A stretch of 45,722 bases of DNA from Octopus sinensis (taxonomy: Eukaryota), in contig NW_021834648.1 in assembly GCF_006345805.1 (NCBI RefSeq), positions 1 through 45,722 of the forward strand, given 5' to 3'. This document shows positions 35,213-45,722 of the stretch, piece after piece; position 1 is the stretch's first letter, and the number at the start of each line of letters is the position of its first letter. A program made the position numbers and the translations under genes. The notes under the pieces are model-generated. The model was not told the DNA's origin, ran no database searches, and saw nothing but the letters and a program-made list of their open reading frames with translations.

Positions 35213-35408
35213 ATGGGCGCTGGTGTAGCGGTGTAGTAAGAAGCTTGCTTTCCACCTACGTGGTTCCCGGTTAAGTCCCACTGCGTGGCACTTCGGTCAA
35301 GTGTCTGCTACTATAACCTCAAACCGACTAAATCCTCGTGAGTGGATTAGGTAGATAGAAACTGAAAGAAGCCTGTCGTATATATATATATTATATATAT
35401 ATAATATA

Positions 35409-35469
<61 letters not shown>

Positions 35470-35935
35470 ATATTTTTATAAGCAAACCCGAAATGCTTTG
35501 CGAATTACCAAGAGAAAGCTACTGTGGAAGGCTCATAGTATAATTACTGTACAGTAGCTACTATACAGTTATTATACTATGAGCCTTCCATTGTAGCTTT
35601 CTCTCAGTAACCTGCAAAGCCTTCCGGGTTTGTTTATAAAAATATTATTTATGTCGTATCAAGATTATTTATGCCAATCAAATTCGCGAAGAGCCGTGTA
35701 AGCGTTGATTTGTGAGTTCGATTCAGCCTGAGGTTATCTCATCATTTTTCGGTCATTTGTTTATATTTAAAAACTGTCGCTTTAAATCGGAGAATAAATA
35801 TCATTATGATAGTTTATATAGAGTTATTGTATGTGTGTGCGTGTGTCTTTGAGTCTGCTCTCCACCGCCGCTTGACAACCGGTATTGGTTTGTTTACATC
35901 TCCGTAACTTAGCGGTTCGGCAAAAGCATAAAATT
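35213..35935 (+). mobile_element. SINE family C split by an insertion in its internal (TA)n
   Basis: 5' half 35213-35380 (gtcccactgcgtggcac...gaaactgaaagaagcc); 3' half about 35830-35935 (gcttgacaaccgg...gtaacttagcggttcggcaaaag). Confidence 0.85.
35469..35646. repeat. 178-bp spacerless palindrome
   Basis: Centre AG|CT at 35557/35558; 89-bp arms with about 12 substitutions and no indels. Confidence 0.93.
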
Positions 35936-36169
35936 GATATGAAAAGAATAATTCCTTCATTTTACCGTGCAAATTTTAATGAGAGAAAAAAGTTAGTTAT
36001 CAACCTCAGTACTTTATAAATCCCGAAAAACGCTGGGGCAAAGGTCGGTCGCGGCAGTATTCGAAACCAGAACATACTGGAAGACAACGAATATCGTAGG
36101 ACATTTTCCCTACCAGATGATCGAACTCTCATGCCAGCGCTCTGCTTTGCACGAGTTCTTAATAGTATT

Positions 36170-36375
36170 GGTTTCAAATTTTGGCACAATGCCAGCAATT
36201 TCAGTGGGAGAGGGAAGTTGATTACAACGACCAATACTTCACTTGTATTTTATTTTATCTGTCCCCAAAAAGATGAATGTTAAGTTGACTTCGGTAGAAT
36301 TTCAGGTAAAAGAGTCTGTAGATATACTGCTAAGCATTTTCTCCGACACGCCAATGATTCAGCAAGCTATCTGCT
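36170..36375 (-). mobile_element. Decayed SINE family A
   Basis: ttcaaattttggcacaatgccagcaattt...aagatgaatg...gttgacttcggtagaattt...gctaagcatttt. Confidence 0.7.
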
Positions 36376-36407
36376 TTGTAATTTAATCATAACAATGGTA
36401 CGAGACA

Positions 36408-36672
36408 AAGCAGTGAGCTTGGCAAAAACGTTAGCACGCCGGCGAAAATGCTTTACATTCTGAGTTCAAATTCTGCCGAGGTCGACTTTGCCTTTCATCC
36501 TTTCGGGGTCGATAAATTAAGTACCAGTTGCTTAACTGGTACTTATTTAATCGACCCCGAAAGGATGAAAGGCAAAGTCGACCTCGGCAGAATTTGAACT
36601 CACAACGTAACCGCAGACGAAATACCGCTGAGTATTTCACCCAGCGTACTAACGTTTCTACCATCTCGCCGC
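36408..36672. mobile_element. Two SINE family A 5' halves fused tail-to-tail, forming a hairpin
   Basis: Plus copy 36408-36529, minus copy 36534-36672; 69-bp arms with 2 mismatches. Confidence 0.93.
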
Positions 36673-36893
36673 CATTTTCTGGCCTGTATTTATTTCTTTA
36701 TTGCCGCCTTTGCTACTGTTATATTATTCCTCCCTGACCGTTGTGTTCTGCCTCGAATCACATGTGACCGTATTGCGCCATCGCTTCTTGTGTCACTGCT
36801 TTCTTTTCTCTTTTTTCTTTTTATCAGAAACATCTTCCCTCTGTTGCTCCCCCTCTCTCTCTCTTCCTTTGTCTGACTGTCTCTGTCTGTCTA

Positions 36894-36936
<43 letters not shown>

Positions 36937-36959
36937 ACAATATAAAGCGTGACTGGACA

Positions 36960-37093
36960 ACAAACCAATCAACAACCAGCCAACTAACCGACGGACCAAC
37001 TAACCAACCAACCACTCACACACCTAACCAACCAACCAACCAACCGACCAACCAACAAACCAACCAACCAACCGACCAACCAACAAACCAACC
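36960..37093. repeat. (ACCA)n tetranucleotide repeat
   Basis: Direct. Confidence 0.9.
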
Positions 37094-37170
37094 AGTTGAA
37101 CACTGGGGTCGATGTAATCAAATTAGCCTCCCCCCCCCAATTACTTGCCTTGTACCAATATTTGTAAGCT
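37093..37170 (+). mobile_element. SINE family A 3' fragment
   Basis: ccagttgaacactggggtcgatgtaatc...gccttgtaccaatatttg. Confidence 0.75.
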
Positions 37171-37764
37171 ATCATGATATTCCTCCTGCAAGTTGTTATT
37201 TACCCAAATTACGTTTTGAGCTACGCTGTAAGGCGTCCGCTTGGAAGCCATTCTGTAACCAGCGCTCCTGTTAGCTGTTATGTAAACCATAGTCTCCTGA
37301 GCTATTTTGCATGCCTTACTGCTATGGGAACTCACACCTTTTCGACGGTTTATCCGACCTAGAACCCCGAGGTTAGATTAAATATTTAAAATACCATCGG
37401 GTGGAAAACGGGGTAGGTTTGCTTATTTTGTCAAGAAATATAAACAATACAACATACAGTATCATCCTTCTCTACCCTACCACCTTGACACCCAGCCACC
37501 CTTAATGTTTGACAGCAGGTAGATCATCTTTGATAGAAATACTGGCATTATTAGCTGGTATTTTTGTATTCATCACAGTTTGATGTGAAGGAGGAGGAGG
37601 ATGAAGTGGGAGGGGGAGAATGAATAAAGGGGGGAAGGAAGTGTTGTCATGGTCTTATCAGATAGACTTAGACTACAAGGGTAACGTTAGGGGATGTGGG
37701 AAGAGTTTGAAAAAACTGGGTGTGGCATCGAAAACTGATAAGAACAGACAAAATAGAAACAGAC

Positions 37765-37860
37765 GCACAGTCAGACAGACAGATGAACGGACAGACAGAC
37801 AGAGGAACTGACAGACAGACGGACAGACAGAAGACAGACAGACAGACAGACGGACAGAGA
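37765..37860. repeat. (GACA)n repeat
   Basis: Direct. Confidence 0.9.
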
Positions 37861-38069
37861 GAAAGGCAAGTTATATGGATCCGAGTTAGGAAGAAGCGAC
37901 GAGGATTTGAGAGGAAGAACTGAAGAATGTTGGAACCGTTTCTCAGAGGAACGGACATCATGCATGTTGTTGTTGTTATTGTTGATGTTGTTGTTGCCAT
38001 TGTCGTTAGTTCCTTCTCGATTTTCTTTTATTTTCTCGTGACTATCGTTATTTATTCTTTTCGCTTTCT

Positions 38070-38071
38070 CA

Positions 38072-38109
<38 letters not shown>

Positions 38110-38285
38110 AATACACACGTAGACTCATGTGCACATATACATACACACACATACATACATACACACATATACACATACATACATACACATACACACATAC
38201 ACACATACACGCATATACACATACACACATACATACATACACATACACACATACATGTACACATACACACACATACGTACATACC
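38070..38285. repeat. (CT)n-(CA)n-(CATA)n tract
   Basis: Direct. Confidence 0.92.
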
Positions 38286-38849
38286 CGCCCGCTCTGTTTT
38301 TATTTTATTCTGAATATTGTTGAATAAGCTGTTGTTATTGTTGTAGCTGTTTGTTGTTGTTGTTCTTGCTGATGTTGTTTTTCCCTCCATTTTGACGTGC
38401 CTGGTTGGTTGGCAGGTATTTTGTTGTTTTTTTTTTTTTGCATTTTATCTTGTTTGCTTTTTGTTTTTTTTCTTTAAAAAAACATTATTTTATTGTTGTT
38501 GTTTTACATATTTTGTTGATGTTGTTGTTGTTTACTAATTTAACTGTTTTAACCTTCTCCGGTAGAGCCCCTCGCTTCCCCCATCCCCTTAGCCATGCCA
38601 TTAACCCTGTTATTAGCCCTAATCTTATCTTGACGATCAGCAATGTTAATCCTTAAGACGATAAAGCTAACTTGAAACAACGCAAGTTGCAATGAATAAA
38701 TGAATGGGGAGGAGTGGGAGGGGGAGAGAGAGAGAATGACGTTTTAAGGGAGGGAGAGAAGGAGAGAGGTGGGGAGAGGAAGAGAGGCAGAAAGGAAGAG
38801 AGCTACAGAGTGAGAGGAAGATGCGAAGAAACAAAGATGAAAAAGAGAA

Positions 38850-38873
38850 ATGTGGATGATGATGATGATGATG

Positions 38874-38910
<37 letters not shown>

Positions 38911-39070
38911 TAGTAATAATAATAATGATAATAATAATATAATAATAATAATAGTAATAATAATAATAATGATGATAATAATAATAATAATAACATAATA
39001 TAATAATAATAATAACAATAATAATAATAATAATAATAATGACAATATATAGTAATAATAATATAATGAC

Positions 39071-39107
<37 letters not shown>

Positions 39108-39443
39108 GTATAATAATAATAATAATAATAATATAATAATAATAATATAATAATAATAATAAAATAATAATAATATAATGACAATAATAATAGTAATAAT
39201 AATAATAATAATAATAATGACAATAATAATAATAATAATAATATATAATAATAATATAATAATAATATAATAATAATAATATATAATAATAATAATAATA
39301 ATATAATAATATAATATAATAATAATAGAAAATAATAATAATAATAATAATGAAGTAATAATATAATAATAATAATAATATAATAATAAAAATAATATAT
39401 AATAATAATAATAATAATTATAATAATATATAATAATAATAAT
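38850..39443. repeat. ~590-bp degenerate (GAT)n-(AAT)n array
   Basis: Direct. Confidence 0.97.
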
Positions 39444-39987
39444 CCTGATGCAGTACCAGGCAGTGGCTCTCATGGCTTCTGATCTTAACTGATTGAAGTG
39501 TTATCATGTACATTGTTTTGTCTTGGTATAAAAAGATGGGCTACAGCAAATATTCTGCTCAATACCACAGATTTGCTTGTCATTTGTTGAACCTTAACCA
39601 GTTGAGCATGTCCCTTAGTGGCTGACGATATGTGCATCTCTGATCACGAGCAGAAGTAGTGGGGGAGCATCATAGCCATGTGTTGAGAGGGATGCTTTGG
39701 GGTTTGAATAGTTCACCTCTGGAAACATGGGTGGTTCTTTCAACATCCTTAAACAACCCTATTCGGGGACCGTTTGAGCGGGATGGGCTACTCAACCTGA
39801 AGAAAATTCAAACTGGGCCCCACCTGCAAGTCATTGCTGTTTATCTTGATATGATCACCATGTCGGCACATATGGTTGTGATGCATGTGCCTGTGTACCT
39901 TTATCAACGGGTAGTCATGATGGGTATATTGGGCTTCGTATATTTTACCCCAGTGTCACTTTATGATGGCATACTGCTCTCTCACTC
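39444..39987 (+). mobile_element. Family E copy 3
   Basis: cctgatgcagtaccaggcagtggctctc ... ctgctctctcactc, with (AAT)n on both sides. Confidence 0.88.
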
Positions 39988-40066
39988 AATAATAATAATA
40001 TAATAATAATAGTAATAATAATAATAATAAAATAATAATAATAATAATAATAGTATAATAAAAATA

Positions 40067-40098
<32 letters not shown>

Positions 40099-40133
40099 AA
40101 TAATAATAATAATAATAATAGTAATAATAATAT

Positions 40134-40208
<75 letters not shown>

Positions 40209-40224
40209 TAATAATGATAACATA

Positions 40225-40250
<26 letters not shown>
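39988..40250. repeat. (AAT)n-(GAT)n array
   Basis: Direct. Confidence 0.95.
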
Positions 40251-40255
<5 letters not shown>

Positions 40256-40569
40256 GTTTAATTAGCTACAAGGGCCCAAGATGTTTGGAAAGCGTACAGA
40301 GGCGAATGGTAATAAGAATGTCTTGTAATTTAAAAGAACAAGAAAAAAAAGAGGAGGACGAGGAAGAGTGGAGGAGGAGGAGGAGGATCTTTTTTAAAGA
40401 ATATTTCAGAATGGCACAAAAAGAAAAATAAATAAATAAATAAATAACTGGATAAAATATAAAAATAAAGGGAATGAAAATTCAAGATAAAAATAAGGAT
40501 GAAAGAAAAATGAAATAAAGAAAACAAAACACAAGAATAGTTTATATTGTTATTTCTTTCCCCCACAAT

Positions 40570-40570
40570 A

Positions 40571-40651
<81 letters not shown>

Positions 40652-40667
40652 TATTATTATTATTATT
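40570..40667. repeat. (ATT)n array
   Basis: Direct. Confidence 0.95.
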
Positions 40668-41225
40668 GAGTGAGAGAGTAGTGCATGCCATCAAAGTGAC
40701 ACTGGGGTAAAAATATACGAAGCCCAGTATACCCATCATGACTACCCGTCTAATAAGAGTACACCAGGCACATGCATCACAACCATATGTGCGCGACATG
40801 GTGATCTCATATCAAGATAAACAGCGTATGACCTTGCAGGTGGGGCCCAGTTAGAATATTCTTCAGGTCGAGTAGCCCATCCACTCAAAAGGTCCTTGAA
40901 TAAGGGTTGTTTAATGATGTTGAACAAACCTCCCATGTTTCCAAAGGTGAATTATTCAAAACCCCAAAGAATTCCTCTCAACACATGGTTATGATGCTCC
41001 CCCACTACTTCTGCTCGTGATCAGAGATGCACATATCGTCAGCCACTAAGGGACATGCTCAACTGGTTAAGGTCAAACAACTGACAAGCAAATCTGTGGT
41101 ATTGAGCAGAATATTTGCTGTAGCCCATCTTTTATACCAAGACTAAACAATGTACATGTTAACACTTCCAATCAGTTAAGATCAGGAGCCACGAGAGCCA
41201 CTGCCTGGTACTGCATCAGGGCATT
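40668..41225 (-). mobile_element. Family E copy 4
   Basis: gagtgagagagtagtgc ... ctggtactgcatcagggcat, with (ATT)n on both sides. Confidence 0.88.
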
Positions 41226-41247
41226 TATTATTATTATTATTATTATA

Positions 41248-42015
41248 GACGTCGCACAGTATACAATATCGTGAGGTTGTTGATTGAAGATATTGTACAT
41301 ACCGGGGGTTTGCACTGTTTGTCAAGTCGCAACAAGGACCTCAGACAGACAGTACCTTACGCAATATGTGTGCTGTTCCAAATAATGCTGTCTTTTGCAA
41401 TACACCTAGATTGTAGGGCATTTCTAAGTTTTTCAGATGTTTCTTCAGATTGGGTGGTATTGAACTCATTGCTCCGATAACAATAAGAATAACTTTTATG
41501 TTCGACTGTCGTAGCTGCCACATCTCAGCAATCTCAATTCTCAGGTTTCCATATTTATCAACCTTTTTCTCTTTCCTTCATAATGTGTTGATCTCCTGAC
41601 ACTACTTCGTCGACTATTAGGCACCATTGTTTGTCCCTCCGAAAGGTTACTATATCCGGCCTTTGTCTGTCTGGAAATCAAAGTCCCAGAGGATTTTTGC
41701 CTTCCACTTTTCGTCCATTATCTTTTCCGCTGTTGATACCAAGCTACCCATAGTAGCCAGTAGAGATTTAGGGCTACTTTGTCGTGTCAACGCTTGTACT
41801 CTTTCTGCGCAAGGCTTTCACGAGCACTAACAATGTGAGTCACACTTTCGACCCTCTTCCCACACATTCTACAAAGGTCCGATGCTCTTGTGTGGTATAT
41901 ATTCTTTTTCACTGAGTTGGTAGTCAATGCCTGGTCCTTGGCCGCACGATGATTAGGCTTACAAAGAACATGTATGATAATCGACATAGCATGCCCCAGT
42001 GACAACAGGATCAAT
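41248..42015 (-). mobile_element. R4/Dong-type non-LTR retrotransposon 3' fragment (CCHC knuckle plus restriction-like endonuclease)
   Basis: LCRMCGKRVESVTHIVS, KAKILWDFDFQTDK, RPDIV...D...EKVDKY, IVIGAMSSIP...LQKTALFGTAHILRKVL; 3' UTR followed by (TAA)n. Confidence 0.88.
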
Positions 42016-42059
42016 GTGAAAGAAGAAGAAAAAATAAACGAAACGACACAGAAATAAAA

Positions 42060-42320
42060 GTTAATCGCCCAGACATAATAGTCAAGGATTGAGGAAAAAC
42101 ACCTGCTTTCTGATAGACATTGCAGTCCCTTCTGATCAAAATATTCTCAAAAAAGAAGTGGAGAAATCATCGAAGTACAAAGACATCGAAACTGAAGTAT
42201 TCATCATGATGTGAGGCATGAAGGTGGAAACAATATCAGTAATAACTGGAGCACTAGGTGTGATAAAAAAAAGAAACAATTCTACAAAAATGTAGAAACA
42301 CCAGTCACACTTTATATAGC
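42060..42320 (+). mobile_element. Second R4/Dong-type RLE fragment
   Basis: RPDIIVKD...CFLIDIAVPSDQNILKKEVEKSSKYKDIE...SVITGALGVIKK with stops and frameshifts. Confidence 0.8.
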
Positions 42321-42359
42321 AAATATCCAATAAAATAAAGAACCACCAGCAGGTTAAAT

Positions 42360-42735
42360 ACCCAACGCACGACAGACACTACACGTTATAGAAACACTAA
42401 AGAGGAAGCAGAAAATACAATCTCCTAAAATTTGAAATAGGAAGAATTTGGAGCATGCGAACCATAATGGTGGTGCCTGTAATAATTGGTGCGTTGGGAA
42501 CAGTAAGGCAAGATATGGACAAATGGCTGAACGAGATTGGAATAGAATACCCGATAGAGCTCTTACAGAGAGTTTGCCTCTTAAGGACAACAAGGATTAT
42601 CAAGAGAGTCCTAAGCACTTGAAAGACTGCTGAAAACTTGAGGATACATAAGGTTACAGGTAGTAACCTGCTACCCACATAATACCTACCAGGAATAACA
42701 CAAAACCTGAAACATATCAAAATAAAAAAATAATC
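42360..42735 (+). mobile_element. Third R4/Dong-type 3' fragment with 3' UTR
   Basis: KYNLLKFEIGRIW...VVPVIIGALGTV...LLQRVCLLRTTRIIKRVLST*, then a UTR ending aaaataaaaaaataat. Confidence 0.82.
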
Positions 42736-42737
42736 CT

Positions 42738-42922
42738 TTTTACTATAAGCACAAGGCCTGACATTTGAGGGGAGGGCGCTAGGCGATCATATCAACCCTA
42801 ACGCTCAACTATTACTTATTTAATCGACCCCGAAACAAAGTCTACCGCGGTGGAATTTGACGAACGAAATGCCGCTAAGCACTTCGCTCGGCGTACCAAT
42901 GATTCTGCCAGCTCACTGCCTT
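42738..42922 (-). mobile_element. SINE family A with internal deletions
   Basis: ttttactataagcacaaggcctga...atcgaccccgaa...gctaagcacttcgctcggcgt...gattctgccagctcactgcctt. Confidence 0.85.
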
Positions 42923-42949
42923 AGCTTGCAAGGATATTACACACAGAGT

Positions 42950-43329
42950 GGCACTCCGTCGGTTGCGACGACGAGGGTTCTAGATGGTCCGATCAATGAA
43001 ACAGCCTGCTCGGAAATTAACGTGTAAGTGGCTGAGCACTCCACAGACACGTGTACCCTTAACGTAGTTCTCAGGGAAATTCAGCATGACAAAGAGTATG
43101 ACAAGGCTGGCCCCTTTGAAATGCAGGTACATCAGAATGAGGAAGAAAGAGTGAGAGAAAGTTGTGGTGAAAGAGTATAGCAGGGTTTGCCAATACCCCT
43201 TGCCGGACCCTCTTGGAGGTTTAGGTGTTTTCATTCAATAAATACTCACCACGCCCGTTCTGGGAATCGAAACCATGATCCTACGACCGCGACTCCGTTG
43301 CACTAACCACTGGGCCATTTCACCTCCAC
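42950..43329 (-). mobile_element. SINE family B, full length
   Basis: Collinear with 22754-23127. Confidence 0.92.
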
Positions 43330-43635
43330 GTTCACAAAGTAGTACACGTGACATAATAGAGCAAGGAACTGCTTACATAACAGCTTAAAGCAGTAACGCT
43401 CATATAATTACATACGAGAGTTTTGCGCAGAAGGTGGTTCACATAGAAAACTGAGGAAACGATTTATATAAGAACTGCTCGCAGATGACTTTACGGGAAG
43501 ACCGCTTACGTAACAGCTCACACTTCCCGTAAGAGTTCATAGGGGTACAGCTAAAATCACAGCTAATATAATATCTCATATATATGGTATGCTGCTGCTG
43601 CTACTACTACTACTACTACTTCTACTACTATTACA

Positions 43636-43667
<32 letters not shown>

Positions 43668-43720
43668 CATTACTGCTGCTGTTGCTGTTGTTTTCGAAAC
43701 TGCTTCTCTTAGTTATACGT

Positions 43721-44102
43721 GGCACCCCGTCGGTTACGACGACGAGGGTTCTAGTTGATCCGATCAACGGAACAGTCTGCTTGTAAAATTAACTTGTAAG
43801 CGGCTGAGCACTCCACAGACACATTGTGTACCCTTAACGTAGTTCTCAGGGAGATTCAGCGTGACACAGAGTGTGACAAGGCTGGCCCTATGAAATACAG
43901 ATACAACAGAAACAGGAAGAAGGAGTGAGAGAAAGTTGTGGTGAAAGAATACAGCAGGGTTCGTCACCACCCGCTGCCGGAGCCTCGTAGAGTTTTATGC
44001 ATTTTGGATCAATAAACACTCTCACGCCCGATCTGGGAATCGAAACCGCGATCCTACGACCGCGAGTCCGCTGCCATAACCACTGGGCCATTGCGCCTCC
44101 AC
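43721..44102 (-). mobile_element. SINE family B, full length
   Basis: rc head gtggaggcgcaatggcccagtggttatggc...ggtttcgattccc. Confidence 0.93.
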
Positions 44103-44722
44103 TATATATATACACATACACACACACACACACACACACTCACACGCACACACACACACACATACACACACACACACATATATATATGTATAAAACATAT
44201 TTTGATAGGGGCTGCAATCGTCCGGACACTGATTAATGACTTACATATATACATACATACATACACACACACATATACATACATACATACATACATACAT
44301 ACATACATACATACATACCCACACACACACACACATATATATACATACATACATACACACACATACATACATACATACATACATACATACATAATACATT
44401 CATACATACATACATTCATACATACGTACGTACATACATTCATACATGCATACATACATACATATATACATACATACATACATGCATGCATGCATACATA
44501 CATACATACATACATACATACATACATACATACATGCATGCATGCATACATACATACATACATACATACATACATACATACATACATACATACATACATA
44601 CATACATACATGCATGCATGCATACATACATACATACATTTATATATGCATACAAACATGTGTGTTGTGTGTGTGTGAGAGAGAGAAAGAGAAAGAAGAG
44701 AGAGAGAGAGAGAGAAAGAGTT

Positions 44723-44768
<46 letters not shown>
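44103..44768. repeat. (CA)n-(CATA)n-(GA)n-(GT)n compound tract
   Basis: Direct. Confidence 0.96.
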
Positions 44769-44770
<2 letters not shown>

Positions 44771-44774
44771 ACTA

Positions 44775-45095
44775 TCTGTATACCAGAGCGACAAGCTTTC
44801 GACCAGAAGCCAGTTCAGTCAATCCCAACAATAACAGAAATAACAAGAGAAACAACAACATTTCCCAGCACCAAAATAACTTCAAACGCCTTATATCCAG
44901 TCCGTGCTTATCCTGGCCTGTTAACGGTTGGACGTAATTCAATGGAGAGATCCATCAAATGACAACGGATATTGAATAAAGCGGAGAAAGAAAAAACCAC
45001 GTTAAGTCTGTTTTATTAAAAAATCAACGTCCGATGATAGCAAGGAAAGAAGACGGATGGACAAACGATCGGCGGCAAACAAACAGGCAGTACAC
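44775..45095 (-). mobile_element. Probable Penelope-like 3' fragment
   Basis: Minus-strand SIELRPTVNRPG* (GIY-YIG C-terminus-like) followed by ggtcGAAAGCTTgtcgc (hammerhead 3' half); microsatellite flanks. Confidence 0.45.
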
Positions 45096-45159
45096 CACCA
45101 ATACATACATACACACACACACCACACAAACACACACACACCACACACACCACACACAC

Positions 45160-45201
<42 letters not shown>

Positions 45202-45209
45202 CATAAATA

Positions 45210-45254
<45 letters not shown>

Positions 45255-45476
45255 CATAAATATTTTAAATATATTATATATATATATAGATATATATATA
45301 GTATGTATAAATATGCATCATATGTGTGTGCGTGACATGGTACATGTAGAAAGGACAGCTAATATTGCACGTCACAACTGACAGTGTAGACATTTCATAT
45401 GAAGAGACTGGAGTAAATGATGAGAATTATAAAAGCCGAGTATTCCATTGAAATTCTTCACACACCACTCTTGTCC

Positions 45477-45477
<1 letters not shown>

Positions 45478-45575
<98 letters not shown>

Positions 45576-45613
45576 AATCTATCTATCTATCTATCTATCT
45601 ATCTGTCTGTCTA

Positions 45614-45648
<35 letters not shown>
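45478..45648. repeat. (ATCT)n-(GTCT)n tetranucleotide array
   Basis: Direct. Confidence 0.97.
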
Positions 45649-45722
45649 GAGACTGGAATGCGGCACTACATAGCTTGAAGACGAATTTAATGAATAAGCA
45701 CATGAGATATACATGTGTGTGC

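Noticed and set aside
35686-35720. cgcgaagagccgtgtaagcgttg as a decayed hammerhead
   Set aside because: It lacks both an intact CTGA and GAAA, so it is too speculative.
37180-37400. Unique CpG-containing segment with a 64-aa minus-strand ORF and possible splice sites
   Set aside because: The acceptor is weak, several alternative parses exist, and no motif is recognisable.
39444-39520. HDV-like or hammerhead ribozyme at the 5' end of family E
   Set aside because: Could not assign the P1/P2/P3 pseudoknot or a CTGANGA...GAAA core by eye; only a short hairpin is evident.
44030-44102. tRNA-like sequence (also at 23055-23127 and 15699-15770)
   Set aside because: A/B boxes are present but continue into SINE bodies and lack a complete cloverleaf acceptor stem, so these are SINE heads and not tRNA genes.

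Overview
Eukaryotic, AT-rich DNA saturated with microsatellites and transposons. The SINE families present point to an Octopus genome, which is an inference from recalled octopus SINE sequences. No intact protein-coding gene, rRNA, genuine tRNA or CRISPR array can be supported, and nearly all listed ORFs are microsatellite translations. Recognisable content: (1) three abundant tRNA-derived SINE families, called A, B and C here (probably the published OR2, OR1 and OK families), plus a fourth, D; (2) four copies of a ~550-bp headless element, family E, embedded in (AAT)n; (3) a 5'-truncated CR1/L2-group LINE with an RT domain; (4) three R4/Dong-type RLE LINE fragments; (5) several decayed mariner (DD34D) and maT (DD37D) transposons and a pogo/Tigger-like MITE; (6) several Penelope-like terminal fragments in (TA)n tracts, some with hammerhead-ribozyme-like motifs and fold-back ends. 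The most notable observations are the (AAT)n-associated family E next to R4/Dong relics, a variant minimal hammerhead, a SINE/LINE 3' hairpin with compensatory changes, five long inverted repeats, a YY1/ETS promoter-like island, an E-box/D-box cluster, and a speculative frame-compatible chain of minus-strand exons.
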